NCBI GenBank assembly: GCA_030141605.1
Contig: JAQGDQ010000161.1
Location: 124,001 to 188,000, forward strand
Reading direction: 5' to 3'
Length of the DNA stretch: 64,000 nt
Origin: Tubiluchus corallicola
Taxonomy: Eukaryota > Animalia > Priapulida
The position numbers were made by a program, and so were the translations under genes. Shown here piece by piece: positions 1 through 12,157 of the stretch (its first letter is position 1; each line of letters begins with the position of its first letter). The notes beneath the pieces were generated by a model that saw nothing but the letters and a program-made list of their open reading frames with translations, made no database searches and was not told the origin of the DNA.

Positions 1-168
1 GTTTGCACTAAATATTAAAATACTGGTATCTGTTAAAGAATTTTTTATTGACAAACAAAGCGTAAAAAATATTCAAGACAGGTGCGGGCAAGTTAGAGGT
101 TGGCTTCACATAAGGGAGCCCATAATTTCACTAGCCTACAGGCCTGAAAAGTTCATAATTCGGCACTG
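1..168. mobile_element. Right end of a hAT-type MITE, related to 60285-60593
   Basis: Shares TTTTATTGACAAACAAA and AAAATATTCAAGAC.GGT.CGGG..GTTAGAGG with 60428-60550. Ends in TIR-like ATAATTCGGCACTG. Confidence 0.55.
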
Positions 169-380
169 GTTCTAGGCATGCATACATATGTTCTAAAATG
201 CTTCACAGTAAATAATACAAAAAGTAAAGAATACAAAAAAATAAGAAATATCACTAAGTTCAGCTTACAATAAGGCCACCCACGCAAAGTAAAATTTTTG
301 AATATAATTCATCTTTCTTTCTTCTTTATCATGATCATTTGTTTTTTATGTATTTAAAATGTTGCCGTTGTCTGTTTCAG

Positions 381-3300
381 AATGTTATTTGTTCTGTACA
401 AAATCCTGAAGATGGATGCACATATTATGAAGCATACAACCTAAGCTTGGGTCCATTTAAACTTGGAGACTGCGTATATGTACGCTCAGAAAGTGAACGG
501 CCTTTTATAGCTCGAATCGAAAAAATGTGGACAGATGTCAAGTGAGTTAATTACGTATCTGATATAATAAAAGTATAATCATGTTGTAGATGTGTTGGAA
601 TTATTAGTGCCTTATCATAGCCATCTTTTTTGGCATTGGTTGCTAGATTGCCGCAGCAGGTAAAACCTATTGGAAGTTCACATATTGCAGTTTATTTTTG
701 TACTAGTAGAAGGCATAACATGTAGTTATTTTATCATATGGTTAGTCTGTAGTTTTTTGTGGTAGTAGTTGTGGTAGTTGTTGGTCTTCATCTAACTTGT
801 AAAAACAATGTAAAATTTTATTTTGCTTTTTGTGGTTAATATTAGTCCTTCAATAGCAGTAAGACAAAAAAGTAATAATTGAGTTCTGGATCAATGATGA
901 ACAGACTTGACTTTGTATTCTGATTTATTTCTCATTTTTTGTATTAAATGTTTAACTCGATGTTATGTAGCGGAGATCCATACTTCCGAGGACCTTGGTT
1001 TGTCCGCCCTTCTGAAGTAGAACACGAGCCGACGAAGATGTTTTACAAGCGGGAATTGTTCCTCAGTTCCGTGGAAGATACCAATCCAATGCTGAGTATC
1101 ACTGGAAAGTGTTGTGTTCTCAACTTCAGGGACTATTGCACAAGTATGACTGAGTTTTCTCTATTTGTTCCCTACGTAGCTTGTTTTCAAGAACATTGTT
1201 TGACAATTTTATGCACTGGTACACTGCACATCAGAAAGCACTTACAGGGGGGTGGGGTCTATTCGAAGGCAGTGTTTGTGGCGTGATCGGAACTTGGCTC
1301 AAGATAAAGAATATCTCTCTAAGATGAGTCACTAAACCAACAGAGGTATGTCACCCTTGTTTGTATGTATTGTGCATGCTTTATTTACAGAGTAAGCAGC
1401 CAGGGTGTATGCAAATGAAACGTCCCAAAGCGAGTATCGAACCCAGGTCAGTGACGCAAAGTGTTAGTGCCTTATCAACTCAGCCGTTCAACCTTGCCAC
1501 ATTGTCGATAGTTTTCAAATGAATTGTCCAAACTGAAATACTTTTTGCGATAAATAGGTTTTAGTAAATAGTTACAAACTACCTCTCAAAAGGTTAAATA
1601 TGGGTTACAATAATAATAATAATAAAAGCTTTAGTTAAAGTAGATAACACTTTAACCATGTATCAGTTATATTATAAGTGGTCCACAAAGAATATGCTTA
1701 CTGTACAATATAGTATGATAGATTAATTAAAATCACATGAACATACAAATAAAAAATTAAGGAAATTAAAAAATAATGCACAAAACAGAAACAAAATAGC
1801 TAGAACATATTATATAAAAAGGTTGAGCTGACAATAAGGATGATAAAGACAAATTAAGAATTATTAAAGGCATAAAAAGCTTTACAATCTACTCTACAAA
1901 ATGACATTTTGTTTCTCAAATAATTAAATAATGCTTTTCTACGTGAATGTACATTTGCGCAGCTAGTAATATGGGGAGGTTTTACATTTTAGTGAGACCG
2001 AGTGAGGCAAACGAGGATGACGTTTATGTATGCGAGTCTCGCTATCAAGAAGCAGAAAGAGTAATGAAGAAACTCACAAAGGGACTTCTTCGTACTGCAA
2101 ATTTGTCTGTAAATGTTGTAGAAGATGAGCTGTATTTCTTCCGTCATGTTGTTGAACCGACAAAGGTATGCGAAACAATACTACATTAAATGGAAATATT
2201 TGTTGCTAATGCTCAGTATGTGAAAGTGAATCAATTTGGGTTCTCGATTATATGTCTGTAGGTTTTTTTTGCTCAATGGCCTGGCCATTTTTTTATTTTT
2301 AACGTTTCATATTTTTAGCATTATTACCGACATCAACATTAAAAGAATTTAATAAACTGTTGTGTTATTTGGCCCCTGTATGAATAATTAAAAATGAACG
2401 TGAATGACTCTTTAAACTTAAAATCAAACCTTGTTTGTTGTGTGGTATTCTTTGGTTATTATGAGCAATTTCCTTGAAGAAAAAGTAAAACTTTTTGGAT
2501 AGAACTTAAACTGCCTTTATACCAAATCTTATTGATATTCACAGAAATCAATGTAAATCTTGCCTTTTAAACATGAATATAAAAATAGGACAATGCCTTA
2601 ATTGCTGTACCACATGGAATAATTTTCATACACAAAGTTGTCAACATATTTTTATATATGTTGACAGATCGTGAGACTTGAGCTGCGTTTTAGTGCTCGT
2701 AATTTACTTCTGGCATTGAGCATTCTAGCAGTTTTTCCACCAAGAAGACACATTTAATCTGTATAGACTGTATAGTATAATTTATGTGAAACAATTTTTT
2801 TCACCTTTCTAGTTTTTTAAAACTTTTTTGTTTCAACAAATACAATATAGATTTGCATTTAGTCATGGACAACGCATTCTAATTTGCTTTAGGAACCTTC
2901 CCCTTTGCTTGCACAAGCTCCTACTAGTTCTTCCCAAGATGAAGAAAATGTTGAAGAAGATGGTGAAACTTCCGTAGCAGACAGTGAGCAACCGTTGTCT
3001 GAACAACAATCTCTGAGCAGTACACCCGTTGGCACACCTAGCTCATCTAAATCTAAAGGGGTATGTCTTGAACTTTTCATGGAATGTGGTTCATTAATGT
3101 TTCAAAATTTTATTTGAATTATTTGTGAAAGTCGTGAGTTTTAGTCTGGTATTATAAAAGAACTGTGACAGCGACATCAATATAAAGGAGTTAGTAAAGG
3201 TTAGGTACTGTGTGTGTAATATTTATTCTTAAAGTTTTGGATATATGTAATTATAAGAAGGATAAAGAATGTTTAAATATTTAACAATTGATCGCACAAA

Positions 3301-6300
3301 CTTTTGAATTCCCAACTTACTAACTCAGAAAAGGTATATGGCGTTTTCCATTTTAATGGTACTAAATTCAAAGTAATTGTAAGAAGTTTTTAAAATTAGT
3401 TTTCAGTGTAGTTAAAAATGATTAAGAAAGAATGTTTAAATTTCTGCCCCTTACAGAATAGCTGCCCCTTCTGTAAGCTACAAGGCAGTTAATAAAAGTC
3501 ATTGGATTTTTAATCCTGTTTGGGAAATTATGTATCCAAACATAATTTATTTGATTAATGAATATACTATGACAATTTCTGCTGCATTTATCTTCATTTA
3601 TGATTTGTTGTAATCGGAAAAAATTACTTTTCCTTGTTATTCATAAAGTTAGCTATTAAGTCATTAGTTACACTTAAAATTACTTTCGTCTTAGAAAAGC
3701 AATCTTGCTCAGCTGAAAAAGTCGGCTAGTGGATACATCCTGTACGCAGCAGAGAAGAGAAAAGAAGTCACTACAAACTTCCCAGATTTATCGTTTGGTG
3801 AAATTAGCAGAATTGTTGGACAGGAAGTATGTTTATATTTTAGCACTATTAATTTTGCATATTTTGTGCACTTCAAGCATGCAAAGGTAGGGTCTGCGCA
3901 ACGAGATGTTTGTGGCACGACTGGAACCTGGCTCATTATGAAGGTTATCGTCTCTCTATAACAAGATGCGTGAATAACTAATAAGGTTCCGGACGTGTTT
4001 GCAGCACAAGCACACATTTATAATACGTAAAGTGACCAATTCAAACTTTTCAAAAATGTATCTAATTATCTATAGCCACTGAATTATATGTACCTCGCTT
4101 TTCCAACCAAGATTTCGAAAACAGACTGTATGGCATCCTGCATTTTTTATTGCTGCTCCAAAACTCTGGAGTGCTCTACCGAAAGAGATTCGTTCTTTAA
4201 ATTCTGTCATAACTTTCAAAAAAGCTGTCAAAATCCTCCTGTTTCTCAAACATTTTATTCAATTTAGGTTATCCCTGTTTTATTGATTTACACTGCAAAT
4301 ATTTCAGGACATTAATTTAAGCTCTGTATTTTTATTTATAACCACGACTTTCTATTCATTTTCATGCATATTTTAACCTATAAATTTTAAATTATAACTA
4401 TTTTAACTGTATTACTGTAACTGCGAATTTTTATTCAAAATCATACGTAGCTATTCTTTTAGATTGTTACTGCACAATTATTTTTATTGCGATTAATTGT
4501 GTAATTTTTTATCACCTAAAATTTTATTGTGAAAGGCACCGAGTGCAATTTTTAGCATAAATTATTATTATTATTATTATTTTAGTTTAGCCATTCGATT
4601 ATAATATACCACTATTGAACTTGAAAAGATGTTGAGTGTGTTGCTGGTGATTTGAAAAAGATGAATTGAGCTTTGATTCTAAGCAGCCCTTTGAAAGATT
4701 TTTTACCGAAAGCTCGGTATTTAAAGAATCTTTATTGGGTCTTACAATATACTATCTTGAGATACTAGATTATAGTGATTAGTTGTGCAATTGTTTACTG
4801 TTGTTATTGTAGTGGCGAAATCAAAATCCAGAAATCAAGGCTGCTTATGAAGAAAGAGCACAGAAGATAGTGGAAGATCATAAAGCTGATCTGTTAGCAA
4901 AGTACGGTCCTGGAGGACCACCAGGCATGAGCTTAACCCCGAGTACTGGAGAAGTGCTTGTAAACGAATGCTTGTGGTCCGGTTGTGATTACCAGTTTGA
5001 AGAACAATCTGATCTGATTGAACATCTCACATCTGATACTTGTGGTCATATGCAACCTACACCAGGTAAATAGTTGAACCTGTAATTTACTGCACAGCAT
5101 TTTCATATGATTACCTTTCTGTAATTAGTGTGCAGCAATTATTATAGAAGTTTTGGTATGTACAGTGAATATGTATGAGATGTTAACAGTGAAATTACTA
5201 AGAAAAAACCTTGGTGTTTTTCAGCAGCAATTTTTTTTCTAGTAGTCTTATTCTTAACATCTCATTCATGTACACCATTAGCACGTGATTGAAACTTTGA
5301 GAATTTACTTGAGGAAACCACAAGACATGGCTAAAATTCATATATCTGTTTTATGTGGTCTTAAGATAATTAAAATTTGTGTGTGAAAATTTTTACAATT
5401 TAATATGTTTTTAAAGGAAGCAGTGGTGTAACTTTTCTATGCTTTCTCAGCTACCTTCAATCAGAACTATAAAATGTATGTGACTTATAAGTGTAGATAT
5501 TGTTGTCCTGTGACTTATAAGTGTAGATATTGTTGTCGTGTGACTTAAAATTTATTATAAATATGTTCACAATGTTGAGTTTTGATCTCAGATCACTATT
5601 TTGCTGAGATTTTTAGCTTATGAATATGGCTCAAGATTGTTCACATTTTTTATTATATGACAGCCATCCAATATGTTTGACAGTGCCATTGTTTAGCTGT
5701 GTAACAGCAATTAGTCAATATTATGTTTTCACCTGTTTTTAGAAAAGACTTATCTCTGCTATTGGAAGGAATGTCAGCGGATAAAGCGAGGTCACGCACC
5801 GTTTCCAACCGTTGGTCGACTGGTCAAGCATATCAAGGACATTCACGTTCCAAAAGCCAGCCGTTGCATTGCATTTAGCTCACGTGGGCCGAATTTTTTT
5901 CCATCACGCAATAATCTAAATTCTCCTGGCAACTTGGGTGGGGTGGGTGCTGCACCCCCGCCACCACTGCCAGCACCAGACACCAGTACAGCTATTCCTC
6001 AAGGTAAGTTAATCCTTGCATTGTTTTAAGAATAATCTGTCCTGCAGAGCAAGCCATATGAAATGCCAAGACAACATATTAATCACAACAGAAACTTTTA
6101 TTCATGCTTCTTGTAAGATTTACACAATACTATGTCTCTCTAAATTTATTCTTTACAGCAGAATCTTCTTCATTTTTGTTCTTCCCTCTTTTTATTTCTT
6201 TAATAATGACTCGTACACACATGCGCTCACACACACATGTACACACACACGCACATGCACACACACACACACAGGTCTAGGTTATGAAATTCACGGGACA

Positions 6301-9300
6301 CACTTCCTAGGTAAGGGGATTCATGTTTATATGTGGCCTGTCACCATCAGTCAAAGGTCAGGAGTGGGTGGGACTTCATTTTTTTCGTTAGACTGACTCA
6401 CCTAACAGTTTTTGAGGTAGAGCCGCAATTTTTGGTATGTGGCTAGGTGGGGTCGAGTAGTTGTGCATGACTGTATATTTGTAGTTTGTTTTTGTATACA
6501 GCAAGGCTTAACTGTAATTACCTCATCACCAGAATTAGTTATTTAAGTAACATAAAACTCATTTTACTAAAAAGGTAATTTTAGTAACTTAAAATCAATA
6601 ATAGGCTCTGTGAGCGCATTTATGTAAAAACAAAAATTTATGAAAAAGACTTAAAAACTATGTCTAAGAAAAACACTATGCCTGCAAGGAATTATGAGCG
6701 CTTCAGACATCTTGCTCTGTCTGACAGAGATATTATGAACTCTAACTCAAATGTTAACTGTGAGTAAAGAGTAAAGACCAGTGTAAAAAATCAGAATGTA
6801 TGTTAACTATGTTCCCATGTATCCTTTTTCACTGTACTACTATAAATTTTTTAGTTTTGTGCTTTAGACGTACTTTGCATTGATTTTTAAAGCATGCATG
6901 TAAAGTTAATTAGAGCAAACAGCACGCTGCATTGTATTGTTATTTGATTATCGATTTCACATTATCATTATTGTTCGTATAGGCATCCCTTCGAGTTATC
7001 CCTTGTCTAATAACCCTTCCCAGCATGCATTTACACATCCTCAGCAGAACAATGCATCTCAGCCTTTGCAACCAAGCCATCACATGCATGCAACTCAAGC
7101 CCAAGGTAATTCATTTTTGTTTTCTTCGCATTCTTGATCTAATTCTATCTAAAGTGATTTAGTTCATTTTCTTTACATCACCGTCTCTTCAGTTAGGGAT
7201 GTTAACGACAACGATACATACCGATTATTTGTTTTTATTGTTATCATGTCAAATTTGGGGCGTATCGCTGCTCATCGCTCATGTTTATAAAGTCATTTCA
7301 CTTTGCTTTTTCATTTATGCATTGGAATTACGTAAAAAATTAAAAAAATACTTATAAGGTTGTTTGAATGATCTTCTTGTACTTTCTTCCTGCTATAGCG
7401 TCTGTCTTCAGTCGGTTTAATGATACATGTCTGTCAAGTGCGGTATTTTTAGAGGCATTTTTCCAGTTATGCGTAGGCAGTGCAGCTCACATACATAAAT
7501 ATATTATGTAGTAATAGACCTCATAATATCTGTTACTACATAGATTACATGTATGATGTATCTATACATTAACTGTGAAACAACCTGCAAAAATTGGGTG
7601 TTGCAATACATTGAAACTCCTTGCACAATAACTAACAACACATTCAGTATCGTTTTTTATCATATTGTCTGAAAGACAGACTATCAATATCGTGTCTTTG
7701 GAAAAAAGTATCGCATTGCATCGGCAAATAAGTATCGCTTAACATCCCTACCTTCGGTCATTATTTTCTCAATTTCTGGTGCATGTTCTCTCTGTCTCTA
7801 GTTATTAGCTCACTGTTAGTTGGTAACAGCATGATGTGTTTTCTTTCTGAAGGTTTGAATACTCAACTCTCACACACACGAGGACTTCCCATAATGACAG
7901 CTCTGCCCCTCCCACCACCCTTGCCTCCAGTACAGCAATGTGGCCAGTACATTCAGTACTACCCCCCGTTGCCGCCACCACCAATGTTTCGACCTTTGAC
8001 TAATACACAAGGTAGATATTGGGGTTTATTTGTTTTATCCTGTCATAGTGCTAACTTACTAACTGTATTAATTTTGTAAATTCACATGCACTCCATTACT
8101 TTGTAAAGGCCCGTTTTGACTAGCTTTTTACTATTCTGTTGGCAAGTCAAAACGTCTTTTGCTACAGTGAGAAAAAAGCTCTTGCAAAAAATGCTTGTGA
8201 GAAAACGCTGTAATGCTGGAGCGACAAAAACGCTCGTGAAAATGTAAATTGCAATTAGAAGCAATATCGCTCTTCAAAGCGCAACAAAAATGCTTGTGAG
8301 AATGGCTAACGCTGCAGCGAGAAAAAAGCTTTAGCATGTTAGAGTTTTTTCTCACTATGCCACAAAATCTCAGCATTTTTGCTGCAGGTTGCGTAATGCG
8401 CATGTCATTAAACAATGCTGTATACATTAAGGTGCAATCTCCAATGTAGACTAAACACACTACATTGCCTAGTAAATAACGCTTCTCTGCTTTAGTCTAT
8501 TATACAAGTGTCATTGCAGACATGTTGATGGTTTACTTTTGATGTGAAGACGTGTGTGTACCGCAGTTCATTGCAAATTGTTGATTCAACAAGCTAAGGA
8601 AAACAAGGCGTTTGAGTGAAAAAAATGATAACAGTCATGGTTATAGGCAAATTATTATATATCAATAAATTAAAAAGTTAAGTATACGGTATATCTGTAC
8701 AACCGTGCACGCAGCTGTCATGGGGCAATGTCTATTTTCATTAAGCGTTAAAAACACAGCGAGAAAGCTGCTAGTTAAAATACACTGGAGTGTTCTAGCA
8801 AGCGATATTTATTTTCAATGATTGTTAAAAATGCCATGTTAAATGCAGCAAGAAAAACGCTAGTCAAAACGGGCCTTAACTTGTTGCGTAATTGTTATTA
8901 AATTTTCCGTTAAGCAATGTGTGATAGAAATTACAAGAAACAAACTCTTTTGGGATTTGGTACATCTTAATGTGTAACAGCCAGACATTTTTGACAATAT
9001 TGATGGATACTGAAGTTTTAAAAATCTCAAAAAAATTGCAAGAAAGTATGTTCTGTAAAAAAAATTCACAAACTAATTTTTCTGCATTATTGTTAATTCC
9101 CTAACATCTTGAAAAATTGCTGTGAAGGAAATTGAAACATTATTTTTGCGATTATTTAAACATTGATGAATTAGTTTTTATAAATGATGTCGTGGTCCAT
9201 CTTATTTGTGTCAGCTAGTCATAGATCCTATTTGCACACACATTTGTTTTTGTTTGTAGCTCAGCCCGTGGCTACTATGTTGACAGTTCCTCAGAAACCA

Positions 9301-10413
9301 CCTGAGCCAATGTTTGTTGGACCACCACCTCGAACACAACGAATTTTACATTCAGAGGCTTACATAAGGTAAACATATCTCCCATTTTTTGTCCTATGAC
9401 TTAGTGCAACACTTCAAAATTGGTAAAAAAAATTACTGATCTTTTGCGTATGGTACTATATTTATTTCCCAAAAAGTTCACCTATAATAAAACTGAGTTT
9501 GTGTGTTTCGCTTACTGCTGTTATTTTCATGTTGCTGTCATTGCATTGTCTGAAGTCTGACTTTTCAGTACAAGTGTATTCTAGATAATGCATTGTTAGT
9601 TGTCAAACATTTAACCTATAGACTCAATCTTTTATGCTTTTGCATTAGAAAATGCAAGATTCTTTGTGTACCCAGAACAGGAAGTTGGTACCTTTGTGTA
9701 AATCTCATTAAAACAAAAGTTGATATTCTGTTGATATTCTGAATGCCGAGTTATCAATTCAAATACTTCCACTAGTTAATGCGCTTTTCAATGGAGAATA
9801 ACTGTGCATTATTATTCTTGTTTTTGTGGCCAGTTTACCTGTTATCATGTCATTAATATGATCCTGGCAATATTTTTTTAAATGCTTCCCCTGGCCATAG
9901 ATATCGTTCATTTAAAGCTAAAGCCGCAAGGACTTTAAATTCTTTCTGTCTTGTTGCAGTTCACACTATCAATAGCAATTTTCAGTAAATTTGCAATATT
10001 CTCTATATCACTGTATATAGCTCACTAGCACTTATGACATGACTGATTTTGTTTGTTACTTTTCTTTTGTTGTTGTACGTAAAACCAAGCAAATATCATT
10101 ACATTATAATAAATAATGACAATAAATTGCTTACTTACTTCGTGCTTTAGTGATCTTGGTCTAGCACTCGTTTTTACGATTCAGTTATTTTTACAGATAC
10201 ATTGAATCACTCAAACCAGATCAGCCTGAAGTGAGTAACTGGCAGGAATCTCTTCGCGCCACACCAGAAAATACTCCACTTAATAATCAAGGAAAACTTC
10301 CGGTTCACTGGCTTCGCGACGGTGCAGGAAGCCATGGAAATGTTGTAAATGCATTGTGGGCTTTACGAGATAATATGCTCAAAGATGCTCTTCACATTTC
10401 AAGATTATTCTAA
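381..10413 (+). CDS. PBRM1: Protein polybromo-1 (BAF180), 3' portion: second BAH domain, HMG box, two C2H2 fingers, Pro-rich region, conserved C-terminus; gene begins upstream of window
   Basis: Exons 381-541, 971-1143, 1993-2165, 2893-3060, 3695-3826, 4813-5065, 5743-6003, 6983-7105, 7853-8011, 9260-9368, 10197-10413. All junctions GT-AG and in frame (1929 nt). Motifs: LGDCVYV..ARIEKMW, GPWFVRPSEVEHEPTKMFYKRELFLS, RPSE..DVYVCESRY, EPSPLL, SGYILYA..PDLSFGEISRIVGQEWRN (HMG), PMFVGPPPRTQRILHSEAYIRYIE, LPVHWL..GAGSH..VVNALWALRDNMLKDAL. The two Pro/Gln-rich exons (6983-7105, 7853-8011) are less certain than the rest. Confidence 0.96.
1214..1495 (-). mobile_element. tRNA-derived SINE
   Basis: Minus-strand head with A-box-like GGCTGAGTTGATAAGGC and B-box GGGTTCGATACTC; no complete cloverleaf. 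Body boundary is approximate. Confidence 0.55.
3890..4580 (+). mobile_element. Degenerate 3' end of an L2/CR1-clade LINE
   Basis: Residual coding AFFIAAPKLWSALPKEIRSLNSVITFKKAVK (~4140-4230) is typical of the L2 ORF2 C-terminus. Followed by an AT-rich 3' UTR ending in (TTA)n at ~4561-4580. Confidence 0.65.
5479..5547. repeat. 30-bp tandem duplication (about 2.3 copies)
   Basis: TGTGACTTATAAGTGTAGATATTGTTGTC(C/G) twice, plus a partial third copy. Confidence 0.9.
6214..6273. repeat. Imperfect (CA)n microsatellite
   Basis: Directly visible ACACAC runs. Confidence 0.8.
7194..7750. mobile_element. Non-autonomous hAT-type MITE
   Basis: TIRs TAGGGATGTTAA / TTAACATCCCTA. Flanking 8-mers TCTTCAGT and CCTTCGGT (6/8 match) fit a decayed 8-bp TSD. 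Confidence 0.75.
8107..8876. mobile_element. PIF/Harbinger-type MITE (770 bp)
   Basis: Perfect 18-bp TIR AGGCCCGTTTTGACTAGC / GCTAGTCAAAACGGGCCT. TAA TSD at 8104-8106 and 8877-8879. Internal subrepeats AAAAATGCTTGTGAGAA. Confidence 0.85.
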
Positions 10414-11300
10414 TCAGAAATTATTATGAGTTCATTGGGTTTTATCTGTTAGTCTTTGTGAAGTATCTTATTTATTTACATTATTTAATATTATTTCTAT
10501 GGGCGTAAATTTTGTTTAATACAAACTACATACTATTTTGTCATTGAACACATATTTTGATTCAGAAATTGCATGCGTCATAATTTGTTGGTTTTCAGCA
10601 CATCGTTTTCTTTGGGTTTTTTCTAGTTTTTTTTGAGGCAGTTGAACTTATAGTTTTACCCACTTTTAAACCTTGTAAAAGTGCTGGCTTATTCGATTAG
10701 AAAATTGCTGAGGAAATTTTGGACATTTATTTTATAGAATTTTGCAAAATTCAAGAACACAAATGCTTAAAGAAAGGATTGTTATGCTTCCAAGTTTGGT
10801 AAAAACTGGAAAAAAAATTATTGCACTGTAATCTTACAGGTAAGGATAAAAGTTGGTACCTTTGTAAATCTCATTAAAGCAAAGCTTGATAGTCCAAATG
10901 TCGAGTTATTAGTTAAAACACATCCACTAATTATAAGTGCAGTTATTTCAATGCATTTTTCACTGGAGAAACCCATGGTTTCAGCTGTATCCTATTTGAT
11001 ACCGACATGTAGTCACGTTACTACTGTATATACATGTATTTATAGGCACTTGAAAGGCGTGAATATATAAAGTATAACGAGCATACTGGTTTACACACTG
11101 GTTGCTTATCACTCCCACTGCTATCACGGCACTTCAGACTGTTTTTGCATTCAAACGATAACTGCGTCAGCATCGTTTAACATTGTATACAATGCATGTG
11201 GCCTATATAATAGCTACTTGCATTCTGTGTATTTAGCCTTTACTTGTGTGTTGTACATAATTTGCTTACACTGATGTAACTGCTTTCGAAAATTTTTATA

Positions 11301-11306
11301 AATAAA
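11301..11306 (+). terminator. Candidate polyadenylation signal of PBRM1
   Basis: AATAAA followed by GT/T-rich sequence, ~890 nt after the stop codon. Confidence 0.4.
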
Positions 11307-12157
11307 TTGTCTTATTTATACTTGTGTGTATTACGTTTGTCCAATTGAAAATTAATATTCTTGTCTGTGAAACATTCACAATCACATCTAATGAATTTTT
11401 TGCAAGATGAACCAAAAGAATTCATATATATCTACCAAAAGTGCTTATTTTATAAACTTGGAAGATTCAACCAGTTATTCTAACAAGGACAACTACAACT
11501 TGGATGCACAATGTTATTAATGCCTAAACAATAAAAATATTACTCTAGTGCAGGTTGATTACATAGATCATCCATATTAGAATTATTAAATTAGATTTCT
11601 TTATTTTAGACTCATAATATTTTTTTATACAAATTCCACAAATGCTCTTATTATTGTCATCATTACATTGTTATGAATGTAAAGAATATCTATTTGTATA
11701 TTTACATGTTACATAAATTATATTTGTAGATGTCTATGTGCATTTACAAATCAGAACTAAAATACACTGCAATTTACAAAGGATAATTCAAACGTCAGTT
11801 TCTCCACTTTATCTTGCACCCTCATTTTGATTAACGATATAAATAACTAGTTAAAACCGACAAACTTGACATCGTTACACAATATATAATGGCGGATGTG
11901 TAAAAAACATTTTCTATAGTTTACACAGTTTTCTCTTGGAAACTGATATGTCGCTAGCACAAGCACAATAATATAACAAGCATTAAGTTTTCTTTATTCT
12001 ATTTCTAAAAGTGAAAAATGCATACTACCTTTATTACGTGAATGTATGAATATTCCACGGATGTATAATATTGACATTGTTACACCTTGATGCCAACCTT
12101 GGTTCATCACGATTATGAATCCTACTGACTTTAAAACCTAGTAGTAGACTGAGACGG

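Noticed and set aside
6819-6827. U12-type donor GTATCCTTT (also at 56561-56569)
   Set aside because: Both lie inside ordinary U2 introns with no adjoining coding exon or clear U12 branch site; expected by chance in AT-rich DNA.
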